A DNA stretch of 64,000 bases from Octopus bimaculoides (Eukaryota), in contig NC_068982.1 in the NCBI RefSeq assembly GCF_001194135.2, positions 75,434,279 through 75,498,278 of the forward strand, written 5' to 3'. A program made the position numbers and the translations under genes. How positions within the stretch are numbered: position 1 is the first letter of the stretch; every line of letters begins with the position of its first letter. Shown piece after piece: positions 27,295 to 42,100 of this stretch. The notes beneath the pieces are model-generated. The model searched no databases, was not told where the DNA came from, and was given only the letters and a program-made list of their open reading frames with translations.

Positions 27295-27540
27295 TATGCG
27301 TTGGGTGCAGTCGAGCGAGAAACCAACAAAATTCTTTGTAACAACAAAGATGAAGTGAAGGCAAGGATTATGGCAACATTCACAAACTTAATAAAGGAGA
27401 CTGTCCAAAAGAGTTGCAAGAGATTCCAAAGTCATCTGGAGACCGTGGTTGAAGCCAATGGTGATTTTATTGAATAAATTTACTCTTTAGTATTTCAAGA
27501 TGTTTTAATGTAATTTTGGTAAATATATCTGTTAAAATGA
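27295..27540 (+). mobile_element. Tc1/mariner (maT-like) transposase C-terminal fragment
   Basis: AVERETNK...KARIMATFTNL..ETVQKSCKRFQSHLETVVEANGDFIE* resembles maT/Tc3-type C-termini. Subfamily is uncertain. Confidence 0.6.
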
Positions 27541-28419
27541 GATGTCAGGGTTATTTGCATTTTTGTGTAATTTAGATGACAATATATTCACTGCACCTTG
27601 TCATCATCATCATCATCATCATTTAAAGTCAACCTTCCATGCTGGCATGGGTGGGATAGTTTCACAAGAAGCAGCCAGGCAGAAGCTTGCACCAGACTTC
27701 TGTAACTATTTTAGCAGGATTTTTACAGCTGGATGCCCTTCCTAACACCAACCACTCAGCAGAGCGGACTTAGTGCTTTTTATGTGGTACAAACACAAGT
27801 GAGGTCAATTTTGGCAAGGTTTCTACAGATGAGAGCCCTTCCAAATGCCAACCACTTTACAGTGTGGACTGGGTACTTTTAACTGAGAAGGGAGGGTGCA
27901 TTGGAAGAGATGATCATGTGTTAGATGATGAAAAATTATAGTGAGGCAGAGAGACAGAAACAGTTGTCTTACCGTAGAAGAGGTAGAAGGTTACACGGTG
28001 GGGGGGAGAGAGAGAGAGCAGGAATGACGACAGAAACAAGAGCACTGCCACAAAGGAAATGCATGGTTACCCAATCTGAGGGAAGTGCAGGAGGAGAGAA
28101 AGAGAGCGTAACAGCAGGATAGAGATGGTGGCAAAGTACTGAGCATATACAATGATATAGTGAGACAGAGCATGAGTGGAACACACAGATCAGAGGCTAG
28201 TGGAAAGCAATGATAGAGTGGCACAGGGCCAAGAGGACAGGATTGGGGAGTGGGAGGTAAACCTAGTGCATGAAGTGGAAATGTGAGGAAGAGAAGAGAT
28301 GTAGTTTGATTTGTTGTGGTAGAGTGTGTGACAAATTTTCTTGTTAAGTGCAGGTGGGATACACAGCGCTTCTAGAACCCAGTTTCGCTGACATGGGCGG
28401 GTCTTCTCAAGAACTTCAT

Positions 28420-29057
28420 ATTGCCAGACAGCTCAGTCCATTGTCATTTTCTTCATGAGGTCCAGCATCCTGAGATTGGTCCTTACCACTTCATCCCATG
28501 TCTTCCTGGGTCCCCCTCTTCTGCGGGTACCATCCATTTTCAGTGATCGGCACTTCTTTATGCAGCTGTCCTTATTCATACACATCACATGTCCAAACCA
28601 ACATAGTCTTTTCTTTTGCATGATACATTTGATTCCTCTTATACTCAACTTTTCTCTCGATACATTTGCACTTTGTCATACATGCGCACTGATGTTGCAC
28701 ATCCAATGGAGCATACTATCTTCATTTCTCTCCAGTCTACGCATGTCTCCTGCATTCAAAGGCCATGTCTCACTACTATGGTGTATAGCCATTTGCACAC
28801 ATAGAGTCTACCTTTCACTCCAAAAGAAAGTCCTTTTGTTGCCAACAGAGATAATAGCTTTCTGAACTTCCTCCACCCAATTCTTATTCTAGAAACAATA
28901 CTTTCAGAACATCCTCTACCATTGCTAGTTTGGTCACCTAAATATCAGGAACTATCTACTACCTCAAGTGAGCCTCCTGGGCATTTGAAAGAATCTAAGT
29001 CCTGTGTGCTCTTAGTGCTTATTGTTCCTGCACATCTGCCACATACAAAGACAACTT

Positions 29058-29060
<3 letters not shown>
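28420..29060 (-). mobile_element. Decayed RTE LINE C-terminal fragment
   Basis: KVVFVCGRC...SLEVVDS...RLCWFGHVMCMNKDSCIKKC...GGPRKTWDEVV. Confidence 0.85.
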
Positions 29061-29111
<51 letters not shown>

Positions 29112-29114
<3 letters not shown>

Positions 29115-30255
29115 GAGTTGGACAAAATAATGGAAACACCTAGCATCATAATTTTGAAATATCTATAAAACTGTCAAAAGTTTGTTTATTTTTACGCTTT
29201 TTGATTTATTATTAGTGTTGCTTAATATGTTTTGCTAAAATTGCTGTTTCTTTTCAGATATCATCAGAAAAGGGTAATTAAAATTTATTAAAATGACAGC
29301 TCAATTGGACTTTCAAAGAGGTCAAATTGTTGTTGCTTGTATGGCAGGCACTAGCATAACGAAAACAGCCAAAATGTTTGGTGTATCAAGAAGTACTATC
29401 TCGAAAGTAATGACAGCCTTTGAGAAAGATGAAAAAACCTCCTCATCGAAACAAAACTCCAGAAGAAAACCAAAATTTTCAGATAAGGACCGTCGGACTC
29501 TTACGCGAATTGTTAGAAAGTATCACAAAAGTACAGCTACCAAAATTACTGCAGAGTTTACTGACCACCTCAAGAACCCAGTTTCCACAAAAACTGTTTG
29601 CCAGGAGCTGTACAAAGCTGGATTTCACAAGACGGCTGCAAACAGAAAACCACTACTTTCAAAAACAAACGTTGCAAAGTGTTTAGAGTGGAGTAAAAAC
29701 CTACAGAATTGGTCCCTAGAGCAGTGGAAGAAATTTTCTCGGATGAGTCAATCTTTACTTTATTTCCAACCACCAGCCGATTATACGTGTAGAGACAATC
29801 AATAGAAGCGTTTGACCCAGACTGCCTTCTTCCAACTGTTAAACATGGAAGAGTATCTGTAATGATCGGGGGGNNNNNNNNNNGGGGGGGTAAATCTTGG
29901 AAATCCGCCAGCCCAATGGTTTCCCTTCACGGGAAATTAATAGTCAAGACTATTTAAGCATTTTATCTGATCAAATTCATCCTATGGTTGCGGAACTGTT
30001 TCTGGAGGGAAACAATCTTTCAGGATGATAATGCACCAATTCACACAGCTAAAGTTGTTACTGAATGGCACAAGGAACATTCCAGTAAAACTGAACATCT
30101 TATCTGGCCACCGCAGTCCACAGATTTCAATATTATTGAACATTTATGGTGCATTTTAGAAAAACAAGTAAGGAGTTGATATCCTCCACCATCACCACTA
30201 CAAGAACTGGAGACTGTTTTAGCTGAAGAATGTATAAAAATTCCTTTGGAATATA
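29112..30255 (+). mobile_element. Tc1-like transposon remnant, DD36E spacing, right end lost
   Basis: TA + CAGGAGTTGGACAAAATAATGGAAACACC left end. Paired-type HTH ORF at 29293-29805, FSDES in the shifted frame, FQDDNAPIH...WPPQSTDFNIIEHLW. Confidence 0.9.
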
Positions 30256-33189
30256 TATATATATATATATATGCACAACAGGCTTCTTTCAGTTTCTGTT
30301 TATCAAATCCACTCAAAAGGCTTTGGTCAGCCCAAGGCTATAGTAGAAAATACTTGACCAAGGTTTCACACAGTGGGAGTGATACTGGAACCATGTGGTT
30401 GGGAAGCAAGCTTCTTACCACACAGACATGCCTTCATCTCTGTATGTGTACGTATTAACTGATGCTGGTGTGTTTACGTCTTTGTAACTTACCAGTTCAG
30501 CAAAAAAGACTGATAGAATAAGTACTAGGCTTACAAAGAATAAATCCTGGGGTCATTTTGTTCGACTAAAGGCAGTGCTCCAGCATGGCCTTAGTCAAAA
30601 GACAAACAAAAGAGTAAAAGAGTATATATATATATATATACATATTGCAGTGACTTGTTGGGTACACACACATTAATTATCACATGCAAGTATGAACATT
30701 AACAAACAGTTGCGTTTTCTTGATAATCTTCTGGTTGTGATTATTATTATTTAAAAAAACAAAATGTTTTGGAGGTGTTTTATAGTTGATTGTAAATACA
30801 AACAATAAGAAGCCCAATCAAGGTCGTTATCTTGTCACTTAATTGACTTTCTTTTATTATCTTCATTATCATCACCATCATTACCTCAACAGCATCATCA
30901 CTGCTACCATTATCTCAAAAGCATCATCATCATCATCATTATTATTATTACTACTGACACTTCCAGTGCCATCACTATCTGCAGTATTACTACTGTCATG
31001 GTACTGTTAGTAGCAGCAAAAGCAGCAGCAGCACCACCACTATCATCAAACCATCATTACTGCCACCACCACTGTCATGGCCATCATCACCATCATTACC
31101 CCATCACTGCCTCGACAACCACCACTGTCACTACCCTCCCTATGATCATCACCACCCATTACTGTCACCACCACCCCATCACTTCCACCACCACCACCCT
31201 AACCAGTACAACAACTCATGAACCAGTGTCACCATGGTTTCCTTTTATTATTATTATTATTCTTTCAATTACAAGACTAATATTGTTTGAAGCCTTTGAG
31301 AACTGAAAGTGGTAGTGGTGGCTGTAGAGGTGGTGGTCGTGATGATTGTTATGGCAGGGACACTGGAAATGGGTTGAAGTGAAAATTAGAAACATCACAA
31401 TGTATGAAAAATAAAGTCAATGNNNNNNNNNNNNNNNNNNNNNNNNNNNNNNNNNNNNNNNNNNNNNNNNNNNNNNNNNNNNNNNNNNNNNNNNNNNNNN
31501 NNNNNNNNNNNNNNNNNNNNNNNNNNNNNNNNNNNNNNNNNNNNNNNNNNNNNNNNNNNNNNNNNNNNNNNNNNNNNNNNNNNNNNNNNNNNNNNNNNNN
31601 NNNNNNNNNNNNNNNNNNNNNNNNNNNNNNNNNNNNNNNNNNNNNNNNNNNNNNNNNNNNNNNNNNNNNNNNNNNNNNNNNNNNNNNNNNNNNNNNNNNN
31701 NNNNNNNNNNNNNNNNNNNNNNNNNNATACACACATAATCTGAGAAATCTAAGATTTGTTTATTAGTGATAACTGGAATAAGGGGTGACCCAAAGAATAC
31801 AGAAAGACCAGTACACAGCATGTGAGAACTAACCTTTTGGATATACTAATTAATCTATTCAGTCCATGCCTTTTTTGTTTATTATTTAGTTGAAGAAAAA
31901 AAAAAAAACAGTTGTGCTTGTTATCATTATAGACCCTGCACATCATCAAGATCGATGTGTTTGATGCTCAGTTTGAAATCGATGGTGAATGGAGTGTTAA
32001 TCAATTGGATGGCTTGTTTTGGTTGTAATCTAAAATGAGTGTGTTAGCTGTTGGTGATGAAAAAAAAAATTGTGAGTAATAATAATACCCAGATCTGTGG
32101 GAAATAACATTGTGGATTGTTGTTGTTGTTGTTGTAGTAGAGGGCCAGCTGCTGTTCAGAGCTGAACTATCTTCTGGCTTTGTGATGTAGATTTAGCCAG
32201 GTTATGAATGTAATAATGTGTGACAATATAAGTCACAGAAGAGTTGATACTATGGATATGTTGTGAAAAAAAAAAAAAAAGACCCCAAAAAACTGAATAC
32301 ATGACAATGAAATAAGGCTGAGACCAAACTTAGAAATGGATCCAAGATATGCTAATATAGGAAAATATAAACCGGAGTCAATACTGAAGGTAAAGTAGCA
32401 AGAAATCATAATCAAACAATACTAGACGGTGGTGATGGTAGAGTTATAAAAGGAAGAGATTGAAGAGAGGAGAGAGTGAATGAGAGAGAGAAAGAGAGAA
32501 AATAAAGAGAGGGAGAGAGAGAGAGAGAGAAAGAAGTATTAAGAAAACAAAACAATACTGTACCTACTACACGAAAAACAAACGAACTGTTGATGAAAGC
32601 AATATAAATATAGTTAAGTAATAACCTATATTTGTCAACATCTACAAATTTAGAATTGAGAACAAAAAAAGTTTGGATGTTGAGACTGACATGTGTGTTG
32701 TAGGTACTTTATAGCAACAATATCATGTAGTTGTTATAAAACAATCAAAGCCCAAATCAAAGTTGAATTTAGAATATTCCATGCCTTATTTAACAAAGAA
32801 ATATTTCAGTCATACAACTATTAGCAAGAAGTAATTACTTCAATATCGTTAATTACAAAATCATGATAAGACTGTTAAATATTCAATGTTTCATTAATGA
32901 AATAAATGAGAAACAGCCAAATTACTTTAACCCAAACATCACATGCAAACAATCATCAATGTCTCACCTAAAATCATCTCCCTCTCTCTCTAACATCCTG
33001 TAACTTCTCACAAACTCTCATTAAAGCCATCATGCTCTCTCCTATTTCCTCTTTCAGTGATGAAGGATCTTTTGCAAAGCAAGCTTCTTATACTTCTCAC
33101 ACAGCAATATGTGATGATGAAAAAACTCAACACAAACATCTTTATTCTAACATGTCATTAAATGTAATATAGGAGACAGTAAATAAGAC

Positions 33190-33590
33190 ATCATCATCAT
33201 CATCATCGTTTAACGTCCGCTTTCCATGCTAGCATGGGTTGGACGATTTGACTGAGGACTGGTGAAACCGGATGGCAACACCAGCCTCCAATCTGATTTG
33301 GCAGAGTTTCTACAGCTGGATGCCCTTCCTAACACTACACTCAGAGAGTGTAGTGGGTGCTCTTATGTGTCACCCGCACGAAGGCCAGTCAGGTGGTACT
33401 GGCAATGGCCACACTCAAAATGGTGTATTTTATGTGCCACCCGCACAAGAGCCAGTCCAGGGGCACTGNNNNNNNNNNTGGTGTATTTTATGTGCCACCC
33501 GCACAAGAGCCAGTCCAGGGGCACTGGCAACGATCTCGCTCGAAAATCCTACGAAGGCCAGTCAGGCGGTACTGGCAATGGCCATCTCCA
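33190..33590 (-). mobile_element. RTE 3'-tail element with (GAT)n end
   Basis: (CAT)n CGTTTAACGTCCGCTTTCCATGCTAGCATGGGTTGG...; near-identical young copy at about 45805-45970; related pieces at about 23170-23385 and 39585-39930. Confidence 0.8.
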
Positions 33591-33869
33591 TAAAATAGTT
33601 GCACTCTTCAGTTACTGTTATTTCACTCATTTTAACGTCACCAATGCTTACAGTAAAGTTATGAACAAAAGTAAACTTTACTTCTCTTCTGTAATTAATT
33701 AGAGTACCTTGTGTCTAGAGGAAATTATTGCAAAATACAAGTACAAAAGCTGAAAAAGGGTCAAGTGAATATGTCACAAGAGTTGTAACTTATTTATTGG
33801 GATGTAATGCAAAAAGGCTGCTAGTCATAACTTAAAATAATAAGAAGAATAAATAAAATTGTTATATAC

Positions 33870-34420
33870 AATGTTCGGGTGTACTACAACTCATCAGAAA
33901 AAGTAACCAAAACTGCATGAACAATACATAGAATATGCACAGGAAATGAACAGTGAATAAGTCTACAAAAAAAGTTGGGTGGCACCAAGTGTACTGTTGG
34001 CAAATTTCAGGAAGCATGGAAGTTTTGAAGGATGTAGTTAGTGTCTCAACAGCTAACAACTGATGCAGGTAGTTTATTCCATGCTTCAACAATTCTGAGT
34101 GTAAAAAAATGTTTCCAAAAGTCATGGGTGCTGTCCTGTTTTTTGATTTTATGAGCATGCCCATGAGTGTTAGACATATGGAATACAAAAAAGGTGCTCA
34201 AGGTTGTTGTTGAAAATATGGTGGATAATCTTGTGGATGTCTACCAAGTCAGTTGCCAGTCATCGGAGCTTAAATGTGTTCATGCCCAGGAAAGTAAGAC
34301 ATGGCAGGTATTTGTCTGGTTGCATGTTTTTGAAGTTTCCAGGAGATTGATATGCCAAGCAAGATAGGGGTTCTAGACAGGTGATGCAAACTCTAAGCAT
34401 GGATATACCATAGTCATATA
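33870..34420 (-). mobile_element. CR1 LINE 3' fragment
   Basis: Minus frame: PYLAWHINLLE...SNTHGHAHKIKKQ...KHFFTLRIVEAWNKLPASVV, the CR1 RGH...FF..R.V..WN.LP terminus. Confidence 0.8.
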
Positions 34421-35522
34421 CAGCTTAGCTTTAAATAGATAGCTGGAGAGAAACTGACAAAGGTCCTACTGAGTGATAGCTAGGACCAAATCATAAGGAC
34501 TGGCCCTTCTCGTCAGAACAAGAAAATATTTCAGCACCCCCCCGCCCCCCAACAAATGCTGACACTCTGCAAGGCTCAAATGAGACCCACAATGAAATAC
34601 TGCTTCCATATCTGGGATGCTGCTGCTGCTATGCATACAGATATCCTGAACCATATCCAGAGAAGGGGTCATTCAACTAAATGAAATTCAATTACTAAGA
34701 CATGCTCAAACCTCTGGCCTGCAACTGTGCTATCTTCACTTTCTCTGTCTTTTCTACTGCAATAGTAATGGCTCTGTTCCTCGAAGTTGTCTGTTTTTGT
34801 ACTTCCACTCTCAAGTCACTTATCTTTCCACCACTCATTACTCTTGGTGTGTCCAACACTCTCAGCCCTGCACTCACTATCATACCCAGAAATCCCCCGA
34901 CCCACTCTGTAATCTGCCTGATCATGCCTTTCCTTCAGGTGTTAACATGTAACAGTTTAAATGAAATAATAAGAGCATCAAACTATTAATGTAGTGATAG
35001 TTGTAAAAAGAGTGTCACTGTCATATAAGCAGTGTCATTCATTTCCAGTCTTCCATGAAAAACATGCCTGGAAACAGGTGACTGTTGGTGACTGGAAGAG
35101 TATCCAGCTGTAGAAAATCTTTTAATGTTCACTTTTTTCTATTTTTGTGCTTTGTTCTGTGTACTGTGCATGTACTTGTAGCCTTCATTGCCACCTTTCT
35201 TTATTTGACTTATATATATTGCTTTTCTGTCACCTCTTATACCTTTTCTTCAACAAGTTGTAGTGTACCTGAGCACTGTATGCAATAAGCTTATCATAGC
35301 TATCATTATTATTATTATTATTATTATCATTAAGGTGGCAAGCTGGCAGAATCATTAGCACGCCGGGCAAAATACTTTGTGGCATTTCGTCTGACTTCCA
35401 CCAGGGTCAACTTTGTCCATCCTTTCAGGGTCAATAATCTAAGTACCAGTGAAACACTGGGGTTGATATAATTGACTAGTCTCCTCCCCCAAAAGGACTT
35501 GTGCCTTTAGTAGAATGGATTA

Positions 35523-35555
<33 letters not shown>

Positions 35556-36522
35556 GGATGGTGAGTTGACAAAATCGTTAGCATGCTGGATGAAATGCTT
35601 AGCAATATCTTGCCCATTGCTATGTTTTGAGTTCAAATTCCTCCAAGGTCGACTGTGCCTTTCATCATTTCAGGGTCGATAAAATAAGTACCAGTTGTAT
35701 ACTGGCGTCAGTGTAATCGACTATCCCCCTCCACCAAATTTCAGGCCTTGTGCCTATAGTAGAATGGATTATTAATATTATTTGCTGCTGCTGCCAGAGA
35801 TATTTATCATAGAAATAGCAGCATTCTGACCAGTCAGCTGCTACAAAGAACCACAGAAGATGGCAGGCATGGCATTGTAAAGAATGGTGGTGGTGGGGTA
35901 GTTGAGATATTTAATTTTGAGAAATGAACTTCGCATAGTAAAGCATCAATAGATTAGGTTTTTTTGGCGGGGATGGGAATCTGTTGCATACTACAGACAG
36001 CAGTCAATTAGCACTTGCTTTATTTAATGAAGAGATGAAAGACAAAAGATTGACTTTGACAAGTTTGGAACATACAAAAAAAAAAAGAAAAGAAAAACTA
36101 AAACAAAACATTGTGAAGTATCTGATTTAGTTTGTTACAATCAACCACACAGATACACACACTAACCTCACTTTGAACTTGGATATTGATAAGATAAATA
36201 ACGGTGGGGAATGATGTTTGGAGTGGCTGTTGGCACTTACTGTGGTAGTTCCAGCAGCAGCAGCAATAATAGAAGCAGTAGTGGTGATGGTGGCGATAGT
36301 AGTGGTTGTGGTGGTAGTAGTAGTAGTAATAGTAGGTGATAATAGGGAAAAGAGAATTCCATCAAACACTTTCCTCTAATCAGTCAAAATCCAATTCCAA
36401 CATTAAATTGTGTAATAATTTCTTTTATTGTAATCATTGTTCTTAGTATTTGTTTTACCTGATTGTATTATTTTTATTGTTAATGTGTGTGTATGTATGT
36501 ATATACATATTCACACACACAC

Positions 36523-36738
36523 ACGATAGGGTGCTGAAAAGTTCCTAGCTTTAAAGATATCGCAAAAGGCCTGGTTGGAGGCCTAACCTTCCATGTTCTT
36601 TTACAGGGCTTAGAAAGACTGAAGGACTGCTGCAATAATTGCGTGAATCTGAGAAGGGAATATGTTCAACAAAATCATAGTTAACAGATCCTCCTGTATT
36701 TTCTTTTACCCAAAGGTAGGAACTTTTCAGCACCCCCT

Positions 36739-36741
<3 letters not shown>
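36523..36741 (+). mobile_element. Mariner-derived MITE (~215 bp)
   Basis: TIRs GGGTGCTGAAAAGTTCCTAGCTTT / AAAGGTAGGAACTTTTCAGCACCCC. The interior encodes a GLERLKDCCNNCVNLRREYV transposase tail. Confidence 0.85.
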
Positions 36742-36777
<36 letters not shown>

Positions 36778-37369
36778 NNNNNNNNNNNNNNNNNNNNNNN
36801 NNNNNNNNNNNNNNNNNNNNNNNNNNNNNNNNNNNNNNNNNNNNNNNNNNNNNNNNNNNNNNNNNNNNNNNNNNNNNNNNNNNNNNNNNNNNNNNNNNNN
36901 NNNNNNNNNNNNNNNNNNNNNNNNNNNNNNNNNNNNNNNNNNNNNNNNNNNNNNNNNNNNNNNNNNNNNNNNNNNNNNNNNNNNNNNNNNNNNNNNNNNN
37001 NNNNNNNNNNNNNNNNNNNNNNNNNNNNNNNNNNNNNNNNNNNNNNNNNNNNNNNNNNNNNNNNNNNNNNNNNNNNNNNNNNNNNNNNNNNNNNNNNNNN
37101 NNNNNNNNNNNNNNNNNNNNNNNNNNNNNNNNNNNNNNNNNNNNNNNNNNNNNNNNNNNNNNNNNNNNNNNNNNNNNNNNNNNNNNNNNNNNNNNNNNNN
37201 NNNNAGTCACTTCAAAATACAGAAATACAACAACAATACAAAACACTTTAACAGAAAGGAACTGAATAACAATTAAACACTAGGTTCTCCTTGATTTTCT
37301 TAATTATTTTATGGAAAGGAAAAGAATTATACAAAACAAAAAATATATAGAAAAAATACTCTTCCCTTC

Positions 37370-37406
<37 letters not shown>

Positions 37407-37756
37407 GGAATATTGCTGCTATATGTGTGTTTGCAAGTGTGTGAATATGTATATGTATGTGTGTGTAAATATGAAAAGATGCAAATGTGCCATAGGTGCA
37501 TGCATGTGCATATATGAATGTGTCTGCAGATGTGTGTGTATATTTATGTGATGCAATTAGAGAGAAAGGAAGAGAAAGAGAGACACTGAGCTGTGATATG
37601 TGTGTGGGAGAGAAAAAGAGAGAGATAGATAGAGAGAATCCTTGTACATGCAAATGTGAATGTATAAGAACCTTGTGTGGGAATGGCATAGACCTGCATG
37701 CATGTGTATGTGTGTTCATTTGTGTATGCATATGTGTGCACATGTGTCTGTGTATG

Positions 37757-37788
<32 letters not shown>

Positions 37789-38439
37789 TGCATGTGTGTG
37801 TGCGTGTATTTGTGCATATGTGTGCATGTGTGTGTGTGTGTGTGTGTGTTTTTGCTTTCTTTACTTTCAAATTTAAGCCTTTGACAGCAGAAGACTTCAC
37901 TCTGGATAAGATGTACATGAACAACACCAGCAACAACAAGTGACTACTACCACCACCACCACCACCACCACCACCACCACCACCACCACCACCACAGAGT
38001 ACTTATGGTGGTGGTTGGTAGTTGGTAGAAAGATTAGGTTGGTAAATTAGAAAGGAAACAAGTTTAGAGAGCTATCTTGATACTTTTATTGGGAATTAGC
38101 TGAGATGTTAAATGAAAGAAAGCATAGTAGAGTGATGCATAGCTGCTTCTACAGAGGAAAATATATATAAGTACACACATACACACACACAGTTTTCATT
38201 TTTGTTCATTCACCAAGAAGCAACAAATTAATAACTTTATATATACATGTAGATTATTCTTTAATAAATTTTTACTCAAGGGTTCAAAAACGTTAGTGTG
38301 AGTGTGTGTGTGTGAGAGAGAGAGAAAGAGAGAGAGTAAATAAGTAAAATCTCTAGCTACTGACTGGAGGGAGAGGCTATCCTCTCAACCAATATGCTGC
38401 TGAGGGTGTAGTCGGATGATGAATTCTGTTGATGATGTT

Positions 38440-38640
38440 ATTGCATGCTTTTCAATCCATGGTATTGGCCTTAGCCTTAGCATGCTTGAGGTCAAGGTGC
38501 TGTTTTGCCCATGTCTTCTTTGGTGCACTGTGATGGATTCTCCAGTACATGGGTTGCTGCCATCACAACAGTTGTTGCAGTGGCAGTCTCCTGTTGTTCA
38601 TCTTGTAGATGTAGCCAAACCACAGTAACCTGCACTGCTG
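38440..38640 (-). mobile_element. Old RTE-like C-terminal fragment
   Basis: WFGYIYKMNNRRLP...APKKTW...DLK motif in the decayed frame. Confidence 0.55.
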
Positions 38641-39032
38641 GACTTGGGTTTTCAATGGTTGGGTTCAGTCTCACAGCATGGTATTTTTATGCAAGTGTCT
38701 TCTACTATATAGCCAAAAGCCAGTCAAAGCCTTGTTAGTGGGTTTGATAGGTAGCAACATAAAAGTCTGCCATGTGGTCATGTTTGTGTCTCCTTGTCTT
38801 GACATAAAAGTCTGCCATGTGCTATTTTATAAACGGATGTCACTGTCATACAAGCAGGGTCATCCATTTCCAATCTTCCAGGGAAATATTAACTTCCTTC
38901 AAAACAGATGAAGGTTGGTGACAAAAAGGGTATCAGGCCATAGAAAATCCACCTTAATAAATTCTACCCAACTTATGCAAGCATGAAAAAGCAGACATTA
39001 AAATGATGACTGATTTTATATATATATATATA

Positions 39033-39108
<76 letters not shown>

Positions 39109-42100
39109 CACAGATGTGGCTGTGTGGTAAGAAGTTTGCTTCCCAACCACATGGTTTTGGGTTCATTCCCATTGTGTGGCACCTTCGGTAAGTATCTTCT
39201 AGGCCAACCATAGGCCAACCAAAGCTTTGTGAATGGATTTTACAGACACAAACTGAAAGAAGCCCATCATACATATAATAATAATGGACTCTCCCGTCAT
39301 TAGATGAAGTATGAGGGTTCAACAATTTCTTACCGAACAACCACACAGATGATTTGTTTAGAGTGACCAAATGTTTGTGAAGTCATAAGCTCACTCCCTC
39401 CATCAGATTGGCATTACCTGTACAGGTGCAACGGATGCTACATGTCATACATCGAAATGATCGTAGAGCAATGAGAAATGAAGTGCTTTGCTGAAGAACA
39501 CAACGCAATGCCCTGTCTGGGAATTGAACCCGCGATCTTGTAATCGTGAGTGCAACACCCTAACCACTAAGCCATGCACCATCGTCCGAGCGTGATCACT
39601 GCCAGAGCAGCTGTCTGGATTCCGTGCCAGTGGCACGTAAAAAACACGATTTGAGCATGATCATTACCAGCGTCGCTTTACTGGGACTTGTATCGGTGGC
39701 ACATGAAAATACATTCGAGCGAGGTCGTTGCCAGTGCCGCTGGACTGGCTCCTGTGCAGGTGGTATGTAAAAAAAACATCATTTGAGCATGGCTGTTGCC
39801 AGCACCGCCTGACTGGCCCTCGTGCCGGTGGCACATAAAAGCACCCACTACACTCTTGGAGTAGTTGGCATTAGGAAGGGCACCCAGCCGTAGAAACTCT
39901 GCCAGATCAGATTGGAGCCTGGTGCAGCCTATATGTCTGTGTGTCTTTGTGTGTGTTTGTCCCCTAGCACCTATTGACAATAGGTGTTTGTATATTTATG
40001 TCCCCATAACTTAGTGGTTCAGCAAAAGAACTGATAGAATAAGTACCAGGCTTTAAAAAAAAATAAAGTACTGGAGTCGATTCATTTGATTAAGAATTCT
40101 TCAAGGCAATGCCCCAGCATAGCTACAGTCTAATGACTGAAACAAGATAAAAGATACATGCACACAAATACACACACACACACACACACACACAATCATC
40201 ATCATCATATTATGTTCACATTATATTATGTGCTTGCATGGATCATATAAAATTCATTGAGGCAGTGTTTTTTTAGAAAATTTGCAAACACCACCACATG
40301 TATGACAGTGATGTTCATTTACAATTAGTGTAGGATATCAAGACAATGGGACACACACACACACACATATAACTGAATTCTAAAGAAATAATTAATTACA
40401 TAACTCAAACTCATAGTCAGGAATTAAGTTATTACCATGCTGGGGCTGATTTGGTTGAGTAAACCACAAGTAATGATACTGATGGAGACTAAACACTTGA
40501 TATAATATGTTATAGATTGAAATGATTGTCATGCCAAGTCTTATAGAAATAAATATAAAACTCAGTTTGTACCAAGTATTGAATACTAAACCTGAAAGAA
40601 GTCCACTTTGATTTAAACCAACAGCAGCAAAACCTGTCAAATTCCATTTGCAAGGTATTGGTCTGCCTGAGAATATGGTGAATGACTCTTGCCCATGGTA
40701 GTGTATACTGCAATGAAACTTGGATCCAGGTGTTGTCAGTTTGAACATAGAACAAGTAGAATATCTGGGTTGGATATGGCCAGTTTAAATGCTAAAGGGT
40801 TAAATTGGTTTCTGGTGCAGTGATTAAGAAGCTTGCTTCCCAACAATGTGATCTTGAGTTCAGTCCAATCATACAGCACCTTGGGCCTCAGGTCAACCAA
40901 AGACTTGTGAGTGGGTTTGGTAGACAGAAACTGAGTGGAAACCTGTTGAATATGTATATGGATGGCTCAGTGGTTAGAGTGTTGGGCTCACAGTCATGAG
41001 GTTGTGAGTCCGATTCCCAGACTGGGCTGTGTGTTGTGTTATTCACCCAGACACTTTATTTCATGTTGCTCCAGTTTACTCAGCTGTAGAAATGGGTTGT
41101 GGTGTCACTAGTGCCAAGCTGAATCAGTCTTTGCCTTCCCCTTCGATAACATCAGTGGCATGGAAAGGGGAAGCTGGTATGCATGGGTGACTGCGGATCT
41201 TCCATAAACAATCTTGCCGGGACATTTGCCTCAGAGGGTAACTTTCTAGGTGCAATCCCATGGTCATTCATGACTGAAGGAGTTCTTTACCTTTTATCCT
41301 TTATGTGTGTGAGTATACCATTGGCTTAAAATCATGTGATCGTTGTAAACAAGCAGTACAGTCATGGAAATTATGTTTATTTCAGTCTTCTGTTAGAAAC
41401 ATGTCTGGCTTTGGAAAAATATTACCTCACTTGCAAATAGGTGAGATTTGGTTGGACATGTTTCCATGGAAGACTTGGCAACAGGAAGGGCATCAAACCA
41501 TTGAAAATCTGCCTGAAATAAATTCTGTCCAACCCATACTAGCACAGAAAAGTGAATGTTAAAAAAACAATGATGATGATGATGAAATTGTAAAGAAAGC
41601 ATGGCTTCCACATTAAGCAGGGCAAGTAGTTATATGCCAATGTATTTTATTTTTAAACAAAACTTATTTGCTTAGGTAAGATACACAACCATGACTGCTT
41701 CCATTACTGTTGTGTTACATCATTGACAAAGGCATATTTCTTTATTTGTCCCAGACTACATAATTGAAACATAAGCACTTCTCATTTCATGAATGGTTAA
41801 CAATAGGAAGTATCTATTTACTTTACTAACTTCATATCAAATAGGTTCTTCTTCATTAATACTGACCATATATGAATCTAACAGACACACAATCATCATC
41901 ATCACCATTTAATGCAGACGGTAGGCAACCTTTTCAAGAAGTGAGTCGCATGAGACATGACTAATAAAAAATTTAAGGCAATCTTTTGTTAGGCATGCCA
42001 TTCAAGAAGTCTCACAAGTCACAAGTTGCCCATGACTAGTTTGGGTCCATGTGAAAAGCACCCAGTCCACTCTGTAGAGTAGTTGGTATTAGGAAGGGCA

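Noticed and set aside
33419-33520. Exact ~48-bp repeat on both sides of a 10-N gap
   Set aside because: Most likely an unmerged contig overlap within the RTE 3'UTR subrepeats.
34695-34925. 76-aa ORF with protein-like composition (MIRQITEWVGG...)
   Set aside because: No domain or splice context I can support, and it sits among decayed repeats.
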